A stretch of 64,000 bases of DNA from the human T2T-CHM13v2.0 reference genome, Homo sapiens: the NCBI RefSeq assembly GCF_009914755.1, contig NC_060934.1, one strand, 5' to 3'. The position numbers and the translations under genes were made by a program. A model generated the notes under the pieces. The model ran no database searches. It saw only the letters and a list, made by a program, of their open reading frames with translations, and was not told the DNA's origin. Shown here piece by piece: positions 43,411-58,780 of the stretch; the stretch's first letter is position 1, and each line of letters opens with the position of its first letter.

Positions 43411-44689
43411 TCCACTTGGGCTTTGCCATCCCACACTGACAGACCTCCATGTTTGACTCTCCCTATCTCCACCCCAACCCCACTCAGACTCTGACTCTCC
43501 ATGCTAGGCTTACCCTGTGTGTGAATACCTTTTCACCTTGCTTGAAATCTTAACTGTTCATGTTGCGCAGCCTCCTCCTTAACCATCAATCAAGCCTATT
43601 ATGTAGAAATCTTCCTCACTCTCATAGACTCCAGTATCACACCCTGGTTCATCACTACCTGTGGATGTTCTTCTCACCCCCAATCAGGTTCTGATTCTCT
43701 GTGTTGAGCTATCTTCCTATGAGCATACCCACCCTATCCCAATTGGCCTCTTAAACATCTTGTGGGTTACCATCATATGTCAGTGTTCATCTCTTCCTGT
43801 TCTAACTGATACCCTACACAGAACTGCATCTTTGTGGGATTGTCCTTTTCATCCTACTCAGGCCCTGAGTAGGATTTTTTTAATCAAATAAAAATCCCTT
43901 CAGTTTGAATAGTATAATCATGATATCACTCAGTGAAATCCTTGATATCTTATTATTGTAGTGGTAACTTCTGATGGGTATGGGAATGACAATTCTATAC
44001 CATGCCTTCTTTATTTTTCATTTTAGTTTTACTGAGATAACATATTTTGAAGCTGATCATTTATATTTCTTAAAGAAGAAATTTATTCTAAAAAATTATG
44101 TCTAGATACATTAATTTGTTGTTTTATTCATGTAGTAACCATTTCTTGGGCATCTAGTATTGGCCAGGTTCTAGGCTCTGAATATACAGCTGCAAACCAA
44201 ATAGTCAGAAGCCCCTGCTTTCACAGTTTTCACATTCATAGAGGAGAGGGAGATGATAGACAAAATAAATAAGTAAATATATTTTATGAGGTAGTAAATG
44301 TTGTGAAGAAAAATAAAGCAGGGTAAAAAGAATAGGAAGACATTTCTCTTTTATATGTAGATCAAGAATGAGATATTTGAGCAGGGAACAAACAATGTGG
44401 ATATTTGAGAGAAAGGGCTGTATCTATGCAGATGGAATAGCTAGAACAAAGACTTCATGTGTGAGCATGTAGATCTGCATTCAAAGAAAAGCAAGATTAA
44501 TATGAATGGAATGCAAGTACCTAGCGGGGAGAGTTGGAGAAAAGCTAGACAAGTGTAGGGGCTAGATCATGTGGAGTCTTGGAGGTTGGAGGTAAGGGCT
44601 TGCCTTTTATTTTGAAAGATGGGATGGCATCAGATTTTTTAAGCAAGGGAGTGACTTCATCATATTTAAAAGTTAAATAGGAAGAGTGA

Positions 44690-47600
44690 TGTTAGTAAAA
44701 TGTCAGAATAGTAGTTTTCAGCATTTGTTTCTTCACAGAAGCATTTCGAATAACCACTCATAGACAAAAATACCTTCACAAGAGCTAAGGATTCCAAATG
44801 ATAGATTGTAGCACCCGGGTGTAGCATAGATACAACAAATGATGCATTGAAGAGGATAGGAACTACAGTTGCACATTAATTGTTTCACCCCTTCCCAAGC
44901 CTGTGCAGCACAGTATGGAGATAGATGCCCTCCAAGTGGAGGAAGGAGAGTCAAGTGAGCCCCTAACTTTACTGTGAACCCCAGCACTAGAACCACCTCA
45001 GTGAACCCCAGTGCCAGGCTGGCACCCATGGACCCAGGCACCAGGCCAGATCCCACAGAACCAGTCTCCAGACCCATCCTTGCGGATCCAGTAACTGAGG
45101 CTAGCCTGCTGGAGAAGTCAGGCAGCAAGCCTGCTCATGGACTATGCCAGCCATGCTGTCCGGAATCTCTGGACAGGCTGACTGGTAAAGGGCTTCCTAT
45201 GTTAAAGCTCCTCTGTAAAGACTGGAGAGGTGACTACTTCTTCAAATATGCAGACACCAGTGCAAGTCCATAAGGATCTCAAATGATCAGGGAAACGTGA
45301 CACCATCAAAGGAACAAAATAAAGCTTTAGCTATGATAATTTGTTGATAAATATATAATCTAAAAAGATATAAGTTGTGTCCTCAATAATGTAAACTTGG
45401 AGAGGGTGTGGAGAAGTTAAGAGTTTTTGTATGTGATTGAAATTAAATTTTTATCAGCTTAACAACAGACTATTATAACTACAAGATGTCTTATATACAT
45501 TTCGTGGAGAAAAACCCCTGTAAATACACAAAAGATAAAGAGAAAGCAAATAAGTACCAAAAAAAAAAAAAAAATCAAATCGCAAAGGAAAACATTAAGA
45601 GAAGATGAAAGAAATAGAGGAGCTACAAGATAGTCAGAAAACAACAAAATGACAATGTTAAGACTTTATCCACAATTACTTTTAATGTAAATGGATTAAG
45701 TTCTCTAATCAAAAGGCAGAGTTTTTTAAAATATATTTTTTAAAAGATCCTACAGTATTATGCCTAAAAGAGATTCATTTTAGCATTAAGGACACACATA
45801 GGCTGAAAATGAAGAAATGGAAAAAGATATTTCACGCAAATGGTAACCAGAAGAGAATGGGGTGGCTATATTTATGTAAGATAAAATAGACTTCAAGTCA
45901 AAAACTGTCATAAGAGACAAAGTCATTATACAATGATAAAGAAGGCAGTTCATCCAGAAGATATAATAGTTGTAAATATATATACACTCAACATCAGAGC
46001 ACCAAAATATTTTTTATAATGAGAAAGCCAAGATTCTAAAATCTTAACAGAAATGATAGGAACAATAGATAGTAATATAATAATAGGGACTTTTGTACCT
46101 CTGCTTTAGCAATAGATAGATTAGCCAGACAGAAAATCAATAAAGAAATAACAGACTTGAACAACATTTTAGGCCAAATGGACGTAACAGGCATATACAG
46201 AGCATTCCATTGAACAGTAGCAGAATATACACTCTTTTTAAGTGCACATTGAACATTCTTTAAGACACATTAGGTCATAAAACAAGTGTTAAGAAATTTG
46301 AGAAGATTGAAATTGTATCAAGTATTTTTTGTAAGCATAAGAGTATGAAACTAGAAATCAATAACACCAGGAGGAAAACTGGAAAATTTACAAATATGTG
46401 GAAATTAACACATTCCTGAACAACCAGTGGATCAAAGAAAAAAGGGACATTTGAAAAGGTGTCTCGAGACAAAAGACAGTGGAAACACAACATAGCAAAA
46501 CTTACGTGAAGCAGCAAAAGCAGTTTTAAGAGGGAATTTTATGGTGATAAATGCTTACATTAAGGAAAAAAGAAGATAATCAAATGAACAACCTTACTTT
46601 GTATCTCAAAGGACTAGAAAAAGCTTGTCCAACCTGTGGGCCACATGCAGCCCAGGATGGCTTTGAATGTGACCCAATACAGACTTGTAAACTTTCTAAG
46701 TTTCTTAAAACATTATGAGAGATTTTTTGCATTTTTTTTTTCCCAGCTCATCAGCTGGCGTTAGTGTTAGTGTAAATTACTTGTGGCCCAAGACAATCCT
46801 TCTTCCATTGTGGCCCAAAGAAGCCAAAAGATTGGAAACCTTGTACTAGAATCCAAACCAGACATAAAGTTGTTAGAAGGAAAGGAATAATAAAGATCAG
46901 AGCAGAAATAAATGAAATAGGGACTAGAACAACTGTAGAAGAGATAATGAAACTAAGAGTTGGTTTTGTGAAAAGAAACTGAACTGACAAATCTTTAGCT
47001 AGACTATGCAAAAAAAGGACTCAATTAAAATTACAAATGAAAGAGAAGCCATTACAGCTGATACAACAGAAATACAAATGAGATAATAAGAGACTACAAT
47101 GAATAACTATACACAAACAGATGGATAGCCTAGAAGAAATAGAAATTTTTTTCTAGAAGCATAGCGTCTACCAATCATGAAGAAAGAGAAAATCCAATCA
47201 CACCCAGTGACTGTAAGGAGACTGAATCAGTAATCAAGAACCTCCCAAAAAAGAAAAGCTTTGGACCTGAAGGCTCCACTGGTGAATTCCAACAAACCTT
47301 TAAAGAAGACATAGCACAAGTCCTAAAACTCTTCCAAAACCTTAGAGGAGGGAATACTTCCAAACTCATTTTACAAGTCTGGTGTTGCTGTGATACCAAA
47401 GCCAAACAAGGACACTAAAAGAAAAAAAAAATACAGGTCAGTATCTCTGATTAACGTAGACGCAGAAATCCTCAACAAAATACTACTAAACTGAATTCAG
47501 CAACACATTAAAAGGTTCACACACAGTGAGCAAGTGGGATTTATCCCAGGGATGCAAGGATGGTTCAGCATATGCAAGAACCAATAAATGATACAACACA

Positions 47601-49510
47601 TTAACAGAATGAAGGACAGAAATTGTGTGATCTCTCAATAGATACAGAAAAAACATTTGACAAGATTATCACTTTGTGATAAAAACTCAACAAATTAGGG
47701 ATAGAAGGTACGTATCTCAACACCATAAAGATTATATAAGCCCTCAGGTAGCTGGAAGCTTGTCCTCTTAAGATCAGGAAGAAGACAAGGATTTCTTCTC
47801 TCATCACTTCTAGTTTATAAAGTACTGTACATCTGAATCAAAGCAGTTAGACCTGAAAAAGAGATAAAAGATGTGGAAATCAATAAGGAAAAAGTAAAAT
47901 TGTCTTTCTGTAGATAACATGATCTTATATGTAGGAAACCCTAAGGACTCCGCCAAAAATGTTAGAATTAATAAATGAATTCAGTAAAGTTGCAAAATAT
48001 AAAATTAGCTTACAAAAACCAGTTGTGTTTCCATAAACTAACAATGAATAAGAAGTTAAGAAAACAATCCCCTGTACAGTAGCATAAAAATAAAAAGGAA
48101 TAAATTTAACAAAGGAGGTGAATGATCTACACAGAAATCGATAAAACATTGATGAAAGAAATTGAAGAAGACACATAAATGGAAAGATATCCTGTTTTTG
48201 AATTTGAAGAATTAATATTATTAAAATGTCCATACTACCCAAAGCAATCTATATATTTGATACAACAGCTATCAAAATTCCAATGATATTTTACACAGAA
48301 ATAGGAAAAGCAATCCTAAAATTTGTATGTAACCACAAAAGACTCCAAGCAGCCATAGCAAGAACAATTCTGGAAGCATCATACTACCCGATGCCTCCAT
48401 AATTGTTCAAAATATACTACAAACCTAGTAATCCAAACAGTGTGGTACTGGCATAAAACCAGAGATAAAGACCAGCAGAACAGAACAGAAAGCTTATACC
48501 ATGTGTACAATCAGTTGATCTTTAACAAAGATGTTAAGAACACAGAATGGAGAAGTGATCGTTTCTTCAATAAATGGTGTTGGAAAAACTGAATATCCAT
48601 ATGCAGAAGCATGAGCATAAAAATTTCATTCCTGTACTATATATAAAAACATGAAAATAATTACACCATGTACAAAAATCAACTCAAAATAGATTAAAGA
48701 CTTAAAGAGCGAAAACTGTAAAATTACCAGAAGAAAACAAAGGGAAAAGTTTCTTGACATTGGTTGGGGCAATGATTTTTTGGATATGACCCCAAAAGCA
48801 TAAGGAATAAAAGCGAAAATAGAGAAATGGTATTGCATCAACTGAATAAGCTTCGGCACAGCAAAGGAAATGATCAACAGAGTGAACAATAATTGACAGA
48901 ATAGGAGAAAATATTTGCAAACCATACATTTAATAAAGGCTTAATATCCAAAATATATTTAAGAACTCAATGATACAAAAACAACCCAAGTTTTTAAGAT
49001 GAACAAAGGACTTGCATTGATGGTCTTCAAAAGACAACATACAGTGTACATCAGGTATGTGAAAAAATGCTCAACGTCATTAATCATCAGGGAAATGCAA
49101 ATAAAAACCACAATGAGATGTCACCTCACACCTGTTAGATGTCACCTCATACCTATTATCCAAAAGACGATAATAAGACTGTAAGTGTTGGTGGGGATAT
49201 AGAGAGAATAGAACTCTTTTACACTGTTGTAAATTGGTACAGCCATGTACTGAAAAATAGTATGGAGTTTCATAAAAAAATTAAAAAGAGAACTACCATA
49301 TATGATCCATCAATCTCATTTCTTTGACTTCTTGGTACGTATCTAGAGGAAATGAAATTATTATATTGTGAAATGTCTACGTTCCCATGTTCATTGCAGC
49401 ATTGTTTACAATAACCAAGATATGAAATCAACCTATGTCTTCATTGATGGAAGAATACACACAGAAAATGTGACGTTCAGCCTTCAAATCTAGGAAATCC
49501 TGATATTGGT
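44690..49510 (+). mobile_element. Old L1 (L1M class): degenerate ORF2 and 3' region, most of ORF1 missing
   Basis: A-rich sequence with L1 ORF2 landmarks (AATGTAAATGGATTAA, CAAGTGGGATTTATCCCAGGGATGCAAGGATGGTTCA, ATGTCCATACTACCCAAAGCAATCTA). No long open frame. Confidence 0.88.
46620..46843 (-). mobile_element. MER30 (hAT-Charlie) nested in L1, 8-bp TSD
   Basis: AAGCTTGTCCAACC...GAAGCCAAAAGATTGG matches recalled MER30. Flanks GACTAGAA (46612-46619) and TACTAGAA (46844-46851). Confidence 0.82.
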
Positions 49511-49514
49511 GACA

Positions 49515-49749
49515 TGATCTGATCTTGGCCCACTGCAACCTCTGCCTCCCAGGTTCAAGCGATCCTCCCACCTCAGCCTCCCAGGTAACTAGGATTATAG
49601 CCATGTCTGGCCAATTTTTCTGTATTTTTGGTAGAGGTGGGATTTCACCATGTTGGCCAAGCTGGTCTTGAACTCCTGACCTCAAGTGATCCGCCCGCCT
49701 CAGGCTCTTAAATTACTGGGATTACAGGTGTGAGCCACCACGCCTGGCC
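49515..49749 (-). mobile_element. Truncated AluS abutting an L1 3' region
   Basis: Antisense Alu lacking its tail end. Confidence 0.8.
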
Positions 49750-50338
49750 TAATAATGTCTTTTCAATTGATTAAAACTTACAGGCACAGGGCTGTTTTTA
49801 TTTTTGATTTAGGACAGACTTAAGAGGTCATCTGTAGATTGTTACAGACAATGAAACTACTAGTTTCTCTTAAATATTGCCCTCTTTCACACTAGTTAAC
49901 CTTAATTTTTTGCCTTTTTACGTTTTGTTTTTTTCAGCTTTTAATAAAGCAGTAATTTAAGTGATTTTTTCCAGTTAAATTTTTAAAATATAGTCTTCAC
50001 TTTTAGATAAATTTTAGGTTCATAGCAAAATTGAGTTGGAAGTACAGAGTTCCCGTATATTCCCTTTTCCACCCTACAAGCGAAGTCTTCCCTGCCACCA
50101 CCATCTTGCATCAGAGTAAGCACATTCATTATTATTGATGAACTTGCATTAACATATTATCACAGAAAGTGCATAGTTTACATTAGGGTTTTTACTGTTG
50201 TAGGTTCAATGGATTTTGACAAATGTGTAATGACATATAACTATCACTATAGTATCATAGGGAATTGCTTTACTGCCCTGAAAATTCCTGTGTTCCACCT
50301 ATTCATCCCTCACTCCCCCAACCCCTAGCAATAACTGA

Positions 50339-51108
50339 TTTTTTTTTTTTAAGTTTACTTTAAGTTCCAGGATACATGTGCAGAATGTGAAGGTTTGTTA
50401 CATGGGTATACATGTGCCATCATGGTTTGCTGCATCGATCAACCTGTCGTCTAGGTTTTGAGCCCTGGCTGCATTAGGTGTTTGTCTTAATGCCCTCCCT
50501 CCTCTTGCCCTGCACCTCGCAAAAGGCCCTGGTGTGTGTTGTTCCCCTCCGTGTCCATGGGTTCTCATTGTTCAATTCCCACTTATGAGTGAGAACATGC
50601 AATGTTTGGTTTTTTGTGCCTGTGTTAGTTTGTTGAAGATGATGGCTTCCAGCTTCATCCATGTTCCTGCAAAGGACATGAGCTCATTCTTTTTTTGTGA
50701 CTGCATAGTATTCCATGGTATATATGTACCACATTTGTTTATCCAATTTGTCATTGATGGATGGGCATTTGGGTTGGTTCCATGTCTTTGCTATTGTAAA
50801 TAGTGCTGCAGTAAACATATGTGTGCATGTGTCTTTATATTAGAATGATTTATACTCCTTTGGCTATATACCCAGTAATGGGATTGCTGGGTCAAATGGT
50901 ATTTCTGGTTCTAGATCCTTGAGGAATCGCCACACTGTCTTCCCCAATGGTTGAACTAATTTACATTCCCACCAGCAGTTTAAACGTGTTCCTGTTTCTC
51001 CACAGCCTGGCCAGAGTCTGTTGTTTCCTTACTTTTTAATAATCACCATTCTGACTGGCGTGAGATGGTGTCTCATTGTAGTTTTGATTTGCATTTCTCT
51101 AATGATCA
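50339..51108 (-). mobile_element. 5'-truncated primate L1PA 3' end nested in an older antisense L1M (~49970-51470)
   Basis: Poly-T then antisense L1PA 3'UTR (CCCACTTATGAGTGAGAACATG, TATACCCAGTAATGGGATTGCTGGGTCAAATGG). Flanks AATAACTGAT / AATCACTGAT resemble a TSD. Confidence 0.87.
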
Positions 51109-51486
51109 GAATCACTGATCTTTTTATTCTCTCCCTGGTTTTATCTTTGCCAGAAAGTCTCATAGTTGGATTCATACAGTATGTAGCCTCTGCAGATTGG
51201 CTTCTTTCATTTAGAAATGTGCATTTAAAATTCTTTTGTGTCTTTTTGTGGCTTGATAGCTTATTTCATTTTAGCGCTGATTAATATTGTATTTTATGAT
51301 GTACCACAGTTTATTCATTCACCCATTGAAAGACATCTTGGTTGCCTCTAAGTTTGGGCAATTATAAAGCTGCCATAAACATCTGTGTACAAGTTTTTCT
51401 GTGAACATAGTTTTCATCTCATTGGGTAATACCAAGGAGCACAATTGATGGATTGTATAACTTGTGCGTAGTTACAGTAAATCTTT

Positions 51487-51539
51487 GAGAGAGAGATATA
51501 TATATACACACACACACACGTGTATATATATATATATAT
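51487..51539. repeat. Compound (GA)n(TA)n(CA)n..(TA)n microsatellite
   Basis: Directly visible dinucleotide runs. Confidence 0.9.
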
Positions 51540-52319
51540 TTTGATAGGTTTGATGTGTATATATATTTAAACCTACCATCTTATGCCACATATTTGGTGG
51601 ATTGGGGGGAATAGAAAAGGAAATATACTTTAAAAATGGATATCTGGTGATACCTCTTCTATAGTATAAAAAGGAAAATTTTTAATTATATATAATTATT
51701 ACTTTTTAATATATTTAACCTAAGTGAAGTCATCTATCTTGGTTTATTTTATTTTCTAATTTGGGTTGTCTATAAGCACTGATTTAGTTTTTGTTGACCA
51801 AAAATTTGTTGAAAAATTACATTTTTATTCTAAATAATTTGTATTCAGAAAAAGCTACTGTTTGCCTCTTTTTAAGGAAAAATAAGTCCATTGTTTTTGT
51901 GTATAATTTATTAATGTTTATATTCCAATTTAGTGTTCACAGTATATACTGTTAAAATATTTACTTATATTAATATTAAATATTACAAATTTAATTTCTT
52001 TTTTACTAAAAGATATTGTCCTAGAATAGAAATTGAAATATTTGAATTAATTACATGTTTTATTTTCTGATTATACATTTTTTAACATGAGAGAGGCAGC
52101 TTGGTTAGGGTGGCAGGAGTATATTGACTATGGAATCAGAAGACTTGGTCATCTAGAATCATCTCATTCACTACCTAGTTATATGATAAATGTTTATGTT
52201 AGCATCAAAATAAAGGGGTAGTATCAGCTAGCTTCTTTGCAGCAGATTCTCAAGTCACTTTGAAATTAAAAGTGCCTTTGAAATTAAAGTTTAAATGTTT
52301 TGTTATTTTAATATGGGTC

Positions 52320-53250
52320 TTAATCAACTACTATAAAACAGGAACTGATAAAGATGCTAACAGTATATTTGTGAACAAGACAGACAAGGTCCCTTATCTT
52401 ATGGAAGGAAGTCTTACAGAGCTTACATTCTTGCAGGGAAATGGGATGTATCATAAGCAAATAAACATAAAAGAGTAAAGTAATTTCATATACTAATAAA
52501 TGTTATGAAGAAAATAAAACAGGATAGATGGTCAGAGAAGGCTTTATTTAAGGGGTGAAGCTTGAGGTGAGTCCTAAATATTATAAAGAGTCAGCCATGT
52601 GAAGACTGGGGAAGAACATTCCAGGCAGAGGAAACACAGACAAGGGCTTGAGGTAGGAAAGAAATTGATGTTTTCAAGGAACAGTAAGAGCAGTGTGACT
52701 GGGGAATAGTAAGCCAGTGAGAGATTGGTAAGAGGTAAGGTTGAAGAGACAGGCAGGGAAACCTTTTCCTAAAATATGTTAATTTTGAGATTTAATGGGG
52801 CAACTCTAAGATGTCTTTTCTTTACCTAATATTTGAAAAATTAGCCATTTCTAGTCCTCTGTAACATTTTGTGCTGCATACGGCGGTTAGAGAATTTGAG
52901 CAGGAGAGTAATATGAACTATTTGGATAAAAAGTGCTTTGTTCACTTTTTGGAGAATGGATTTAAAGTATGTGGGAATCAGCAGGCCAAGGTAGGAGACA
53001 AGGTAGTTCAAGAGAGAGACGATGAGAGCTTGGAGTACGGTGAAGGCAATGAATGTGGAGAGTAGACGATTTGTGATTCATTTTGACTAAAGTCCACCAT
53101 GTTTGCCAAAGGTTTGGATATGGGAAATTAAGGAAGGAGGAATAGGAATAACTCTTAAGTTTCTTAAGTTTCTTGCTTAACTGAATGTTGTCTTTTACTG
53201 AAATGGAGCAGTTTGGGATAAAGATCTGATTTTGGAAGGAAATCAAGTTT
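52320..53250 (-). mobile_element. L2 fragment
   Basis: GTGAACAAGACAGACAAGGTCCCT, GAGCTTACATTCT, GAACATTCCAGGCAGAGG. Confidence 0.6.
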
Positions 53251-53987
53251 GATGCAAATGAGGTAGGTTTTTAGTGAGATTGGGGGGGAAATCTATTGAT
53301 TATCTCAGTTCAGTTTAAAAGACATTTATTGAGGTCTCTGTATGCAGAGTTTTGTGTAGACTCATTAACTGCTGACTTAATAAATTCATACTTGCGGTAT
53401 CACGTGTGGGACATCTGTTAACCTGTAGTGTGAAAGGGAACTTCAGGGGGAAAATAGAATCTTTTAACCAAGAAATACATAATGTGACTTTGTGTCATTG
53501 CTCTGTTTTCTATAATTTTTGTTTCAACCAAAATATTATAATTTCTTTTTTACTAAAGTACATTGTCCTAGAGTAGAAATTGAAATATGAGACTTAATTA
53601 CATGTTTTATTTTCTGATATTACAATGTTCATTCAACACTGAACAAAGTTCCTGTTCTCGTTGAAGAGTTAGGAGGAAGGAAGGGTATAAAGACATAAGG
53701 AACAATTAAGCAAATAAAATAATTTTAGATAATTTAAAGGTCATTGTCATCAAAATTGGAAGATATGACAGAGTTGTAAGTGATGGAAACTTATTAAATA
53801 TATGCTTTTTAATTACATGGGTCACACAACCCAAATATATGGCTATGTATGGGTAGCACATGCACCAACATATGTAGAGAATTATAGACTTTGCAGAGTC
53901 ACCTGTAATAGCTTCCTCTGGTATCTGCATGTGCCTAATTGCCTGAAATGACTCCTGTGGATCCAACAGGTTTTTTACATTTCATGT

Positions 53988-54243
<256 letters not shown>

Positions 54244-56003
54244 TACATTTCATACCTTAAGACCACTCTGCTTCTTTGGATATAGCTGCTTGCAATTCTG
54301 CTGCTTTGCCTAATGTCCTGTGATACTTTGCTGCTTTTTAAAAAACCTTTGTTTTTCACAGCAGTGCTCCTTGTCCTAAAATATGTTGAAATTGTGGAAT
54401 AAAAAGTTTAAGACTTTTCCAGTTTGAAAACTCTTCTTACATGTTAAAAAATGATAGTCTTGTATAAAATGAATGTTTTAAATCTTACATTTATCTTGAT
54501 CTGCTTGGGTTTAGATTGTCTGCCTCTGTTACCTTATATAATCATTGTGTTTTTCATGTTTATGAGAAATAAAAGAAAAAATAAATGATTGGGCCCTAGG
54601 AAAAATCCTTTTTTTTTTTAAATAACAAAGTATTCCGTTTAATGTTCCTTTTAATATATTGCCAGTGAAATATCTCGTAAGTAGCTTCTTCTAGTAAGAA
54701 AGTTAGCTATATTTGTAGCCTCTTTAATTGAAAGAAAAGGTTCTAGCTGACCTGCAGAATTAGACATCAGGGTACCTTTTCTGGTGAACCTGGAGCTTTG
54801 TTCAGAGATCAAGAAAACAAGCTCTTTATTGGGCATTTGCCCTAAGGCAACATTAACTTAATAGATATTTTCTTCCTGTAATTTGCTGATCTTTGTATTT
54901 AAGTTTGGAAATAGCAATATTCATAAATGGGTACCTTTGGTTGTAGTATTGTTCCATGCTTTCATACCATTTAAATGGTTCATCAAGATAAAATATGTTA
55001 TTGTAGTCAGCAAGATTGGTTAGAATAGTGCCCTGAATATCAGTAGCTCTGTATTCTAGTTTCAGCAACTCAGTGACTCCAATATGTGCTTGAGTAAATC
55101 AGCTCATTTCTTTACTTCTCAAAGTCTTAGGACTGTTGTGATTGAAAGCTTATTGCTTTGTTTTGCCATAATTTACTATCTTTTTAGCTTTTTAATGCTC
55201 GTCTGTTATACCGACTCTTTGACTTAACATAGTTTTTTACCTGGTGTGTATAATGCCGCATGTATATGTTTGTGGATAAATGTAAATTCTCCTGCAGGAA
55301 GAACATCAGATTCTTAATCATGAAGATACCCCCCCCCCAGCCCACAATTTCCAACTCACTCTTCCAGTTTCTTGATCACTCCCTTTTCCTCTAATTATCT
55401 AAGAAACTAATGGCTTATTAGGTTCACTTTTTTCTCCTTACCAGCCCAAACTGTACTGTCTGGTCCCTTATTTTTCTGCCACACTTGCCCTGTGAATCCC
55501 CTCAACTTTAAATTAATTTAGGAATACAATTTAGATTGCCAAGTACAGTTTTGGAGATTGATGCCACGACAAATTAATGATATCAAAATTTATCAGACTC
55601 AGCAATTTTATTTATCTCTGGTCTATGTCCTCATACATTCCTTTTACTTCTTTCATCAACCCCTTAGCAAACTTTGCCTTTCATGTTCTCAACAGATTAA
55701 TTTGCTTCTGTTTCACCAAACAAATATGATTCTGTATGTAACTGGAGATGATAATCCCACTTAACTCTCTTATTCCTCCTCCCTTCAAACAAACTTGTCT
55801 GTAGCTGAATCCATTCTCATTTTTTAATTGAAAGGAAAAAAGATCCGTCTTCTCTAAGGCTAAGTTTTCTGCCAGTATGCTACATATTTTTGACTACTCC
55901 TTCCTTCTAAAATTTAAATAGATGAACTGGCTGCTGCTTTGACAATACCCTTTCCTAGTTTATGTGTACCTCTGTTTCTCTTTGAGGCCTTTGTCTTCCA
56001 TCC

Positions 56004-56308
56004 ATTTCTTTCTTTCTTTTTTTTTTTTTTAAGACGGAGTCTTGCTCTGTTGCCAGGCTGGAGTGCAGTGGTGCGATCTTGGCTCACTGCAACCTCTGTC
56101 TCCCAGTTCAAGCGATTCTTCTGCCTCAGCCTCCTGAGTAGCTGGGACTACAGGTGTGCACCACCACGCCCAGCTAATTTTTGTATTTTTAATAGAGACG
56201 GGGTTTCACCATGTTGGCCAGGATGGTCTCAATCTCCTGACCTCCTGATCCGTCCGCCTCAGCCTCCCAAGATGCTAGGATTACAGGCGTGAGCCACTGC
56301 ACTTGGCC
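56004..56308 (-). mobile_element. AluSc-like
   Basis: Antisense Alu dimer with TGTTGCCAGG and GGCCAGGATGG. Confidence 0.88.
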
Positions 56309-57933
56309 CATCCATCCATTTCTAAATATTTATCTTCCCCAGAGTACCAGTATCATCTTCTACATGCGTTTTGTGGATAGTCTCATCTGAAACCTTTGCT
56401 GTTGACACCAAAGCTGTATCTTTATTTCTAGCCCAGACCTCCCTCCTTTATTCTAAAATCACATTTTCAAGTGTGGACTAGACTAGAATCTAAGTATAAA
56501 TTTGTTCAAAATTTTACTAATTTTCTTTTTTTTTTTGTTCCCTGTCTTGAATAATCATGCTGCCTCCACCTGATTTAAGCCGGCTACTCAGACATTACCC
56601 TGAATCCCTTCCTTCTCCCTACTCCTGTTCATCCCCAACTGCTTTCTGTTTCTAGAATTATTCCTATATTTTCCTAGTACCTTTGTAGTTTAAACCAATT
56701 GTTCTCAAGTACATCAGACCTAATATCCCATTTATGCAACATTCTGTAACACTTCCTTACTCTTAAAATGATAGTAACCTACATTATTTTTAAAAATCTA
56801 TGTAATTTCTTAAAGGAGATATATAAGAAAAATATTGTACATTTTATATGTTACGTAAATGCTTAGGCACAATGATATTAGAAAAAAATGAAGAATTTAT
56901 TATACATTTTATGTTTCAGTATTTAAGTGTTCAGGCACAATACCAGAAAGCAATGAAGAGCAAAAGTTTGTACATATGTCCTCATGAATGTGATTGTTAG
57001 AAGTGCAAACTGATATAGACGTGTTATATTTTTGACTCGGATACCAAGATCAGTATGAGTATCAGTGATCATCAGAAATAACAAATAACTCTTAAAGAAT
57101 AGTGCAAAAATATTGCAGTTTTTGTGTAAAATGGAATTAGGTGCTCAAAATTATAAACAGGTATTTCACCTAGTTATATATCTGGTAGGTATTTGAAGGT
57201 TGTACAGTATGCAAGGATAGTTCTCATCTCCAGACCTGGCCCATTAAATGCCAGTAGCATTTCTCTAAACATTGAGACAACCTAAAGTGAACCTACAAAA
57301 TTCCAAAATACTGTAGCTAAAAATAGTTAGATTGTACCTTTATCATGTTTGGCATGGACTGTTGCAGTGGCTTCCAAATTCGGCTCTACATAGAATCACC
57401 TGGAAAACTCTTTAAACATACAGCTTACTGTTCCCTACCACAGATATTTATTTTGTTAGCATTCTTGGATTAGGGGTTAGGATTTCTAAGCTCGCCAGAT
57501 GATTCTTGCTGAAAATGTCTGGCAATGATTGAACATTAGGGAATTCTTGCTGAAAATGTCTGGCACTGATTAAACACGAAATTATTACTGCTTTTTAAAT
57601 TTTCTGCCTTCCTTCTGAAGTCCTGACTGTTTACAGTCATTCTAAACATTGTCAGGTAAATTTTGTTAAAATATGACTGTAATCATAGCCTCTTCTCCTT
57701 CAGGAATCCTTTATTGGCTTTTTATATTTACTCTTGGCAGCCCCTAAGAGTACACTGCTGGAACATTAGAGTTGAAAGAATCATGATGTCTGCATGATAA
57801 AGTCCAAATTACTAAATTTGAATAACCAGCGTTTCCAAATTTGGCAGCCTACATTTTTTACTTCTTGTGTCCAATTTGCATAAAAATATAGTTCCTGAAA
57901 GGAATGATTTAAAACCTGACACTGACTTATGAC

Positions 57934-58148
57934 AGGGCTTGGGAAACTATGGCCTGATGGCCAAATCCAGTTTGAGGTCTGTTTTTGGTAAAGTTTTATT
58001 GAAACACAGCCACTCTTACTCATTTGCATATTGTCTACTTTTATGCTAAACTGACAGAATTGAGTACCTGCAGCAGAAAGCAATCTGTCTTGCAAAGCCT
58101 CAATATTTAAAATCTGGCCCTTTACAGAAAAAGTTTGCTCACCCTTGA
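57934..58148. mobile_element. MER58A-like hAT MITE
   Basis: CAGGGCTTGGGAAACTATGGCC...AAAGTTTTATTGAAACACAGCCAC...TGGCCCTTTACAGAAAAAGTTTGCTCACCCTTG with inverted termini. Confidence 0.75.
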
Positions 58149-58383
58149 CTTAGAAGCCATTAGAAGCCTAAATGAATTGTAATCACCACCGTCATATAGT
58201 CATGATTTGGATGTTTTATCTCTGAAATCCAACATGGGATGGGAAAAGAATATATCTGGGCTTTTGAGTCCTGACCAGGCTGACCTGGTTTTGAATTTTT
58301 CCTTAGTCACTTAGTAGGTATCTGACTTTGGTGCCTCAGTTTTCTCATCTGTAAATTGGGACTAGAGGAACTATTCTACTTAG

Positions 58384-58780
<397 letters not shown>

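Noticed and set aside
44690-49510. Possible active L1
   Set aside because: ORF2 is broken by many stops and frameshifts, ORF1 is largely missing, and a MER30 is nested inside it.
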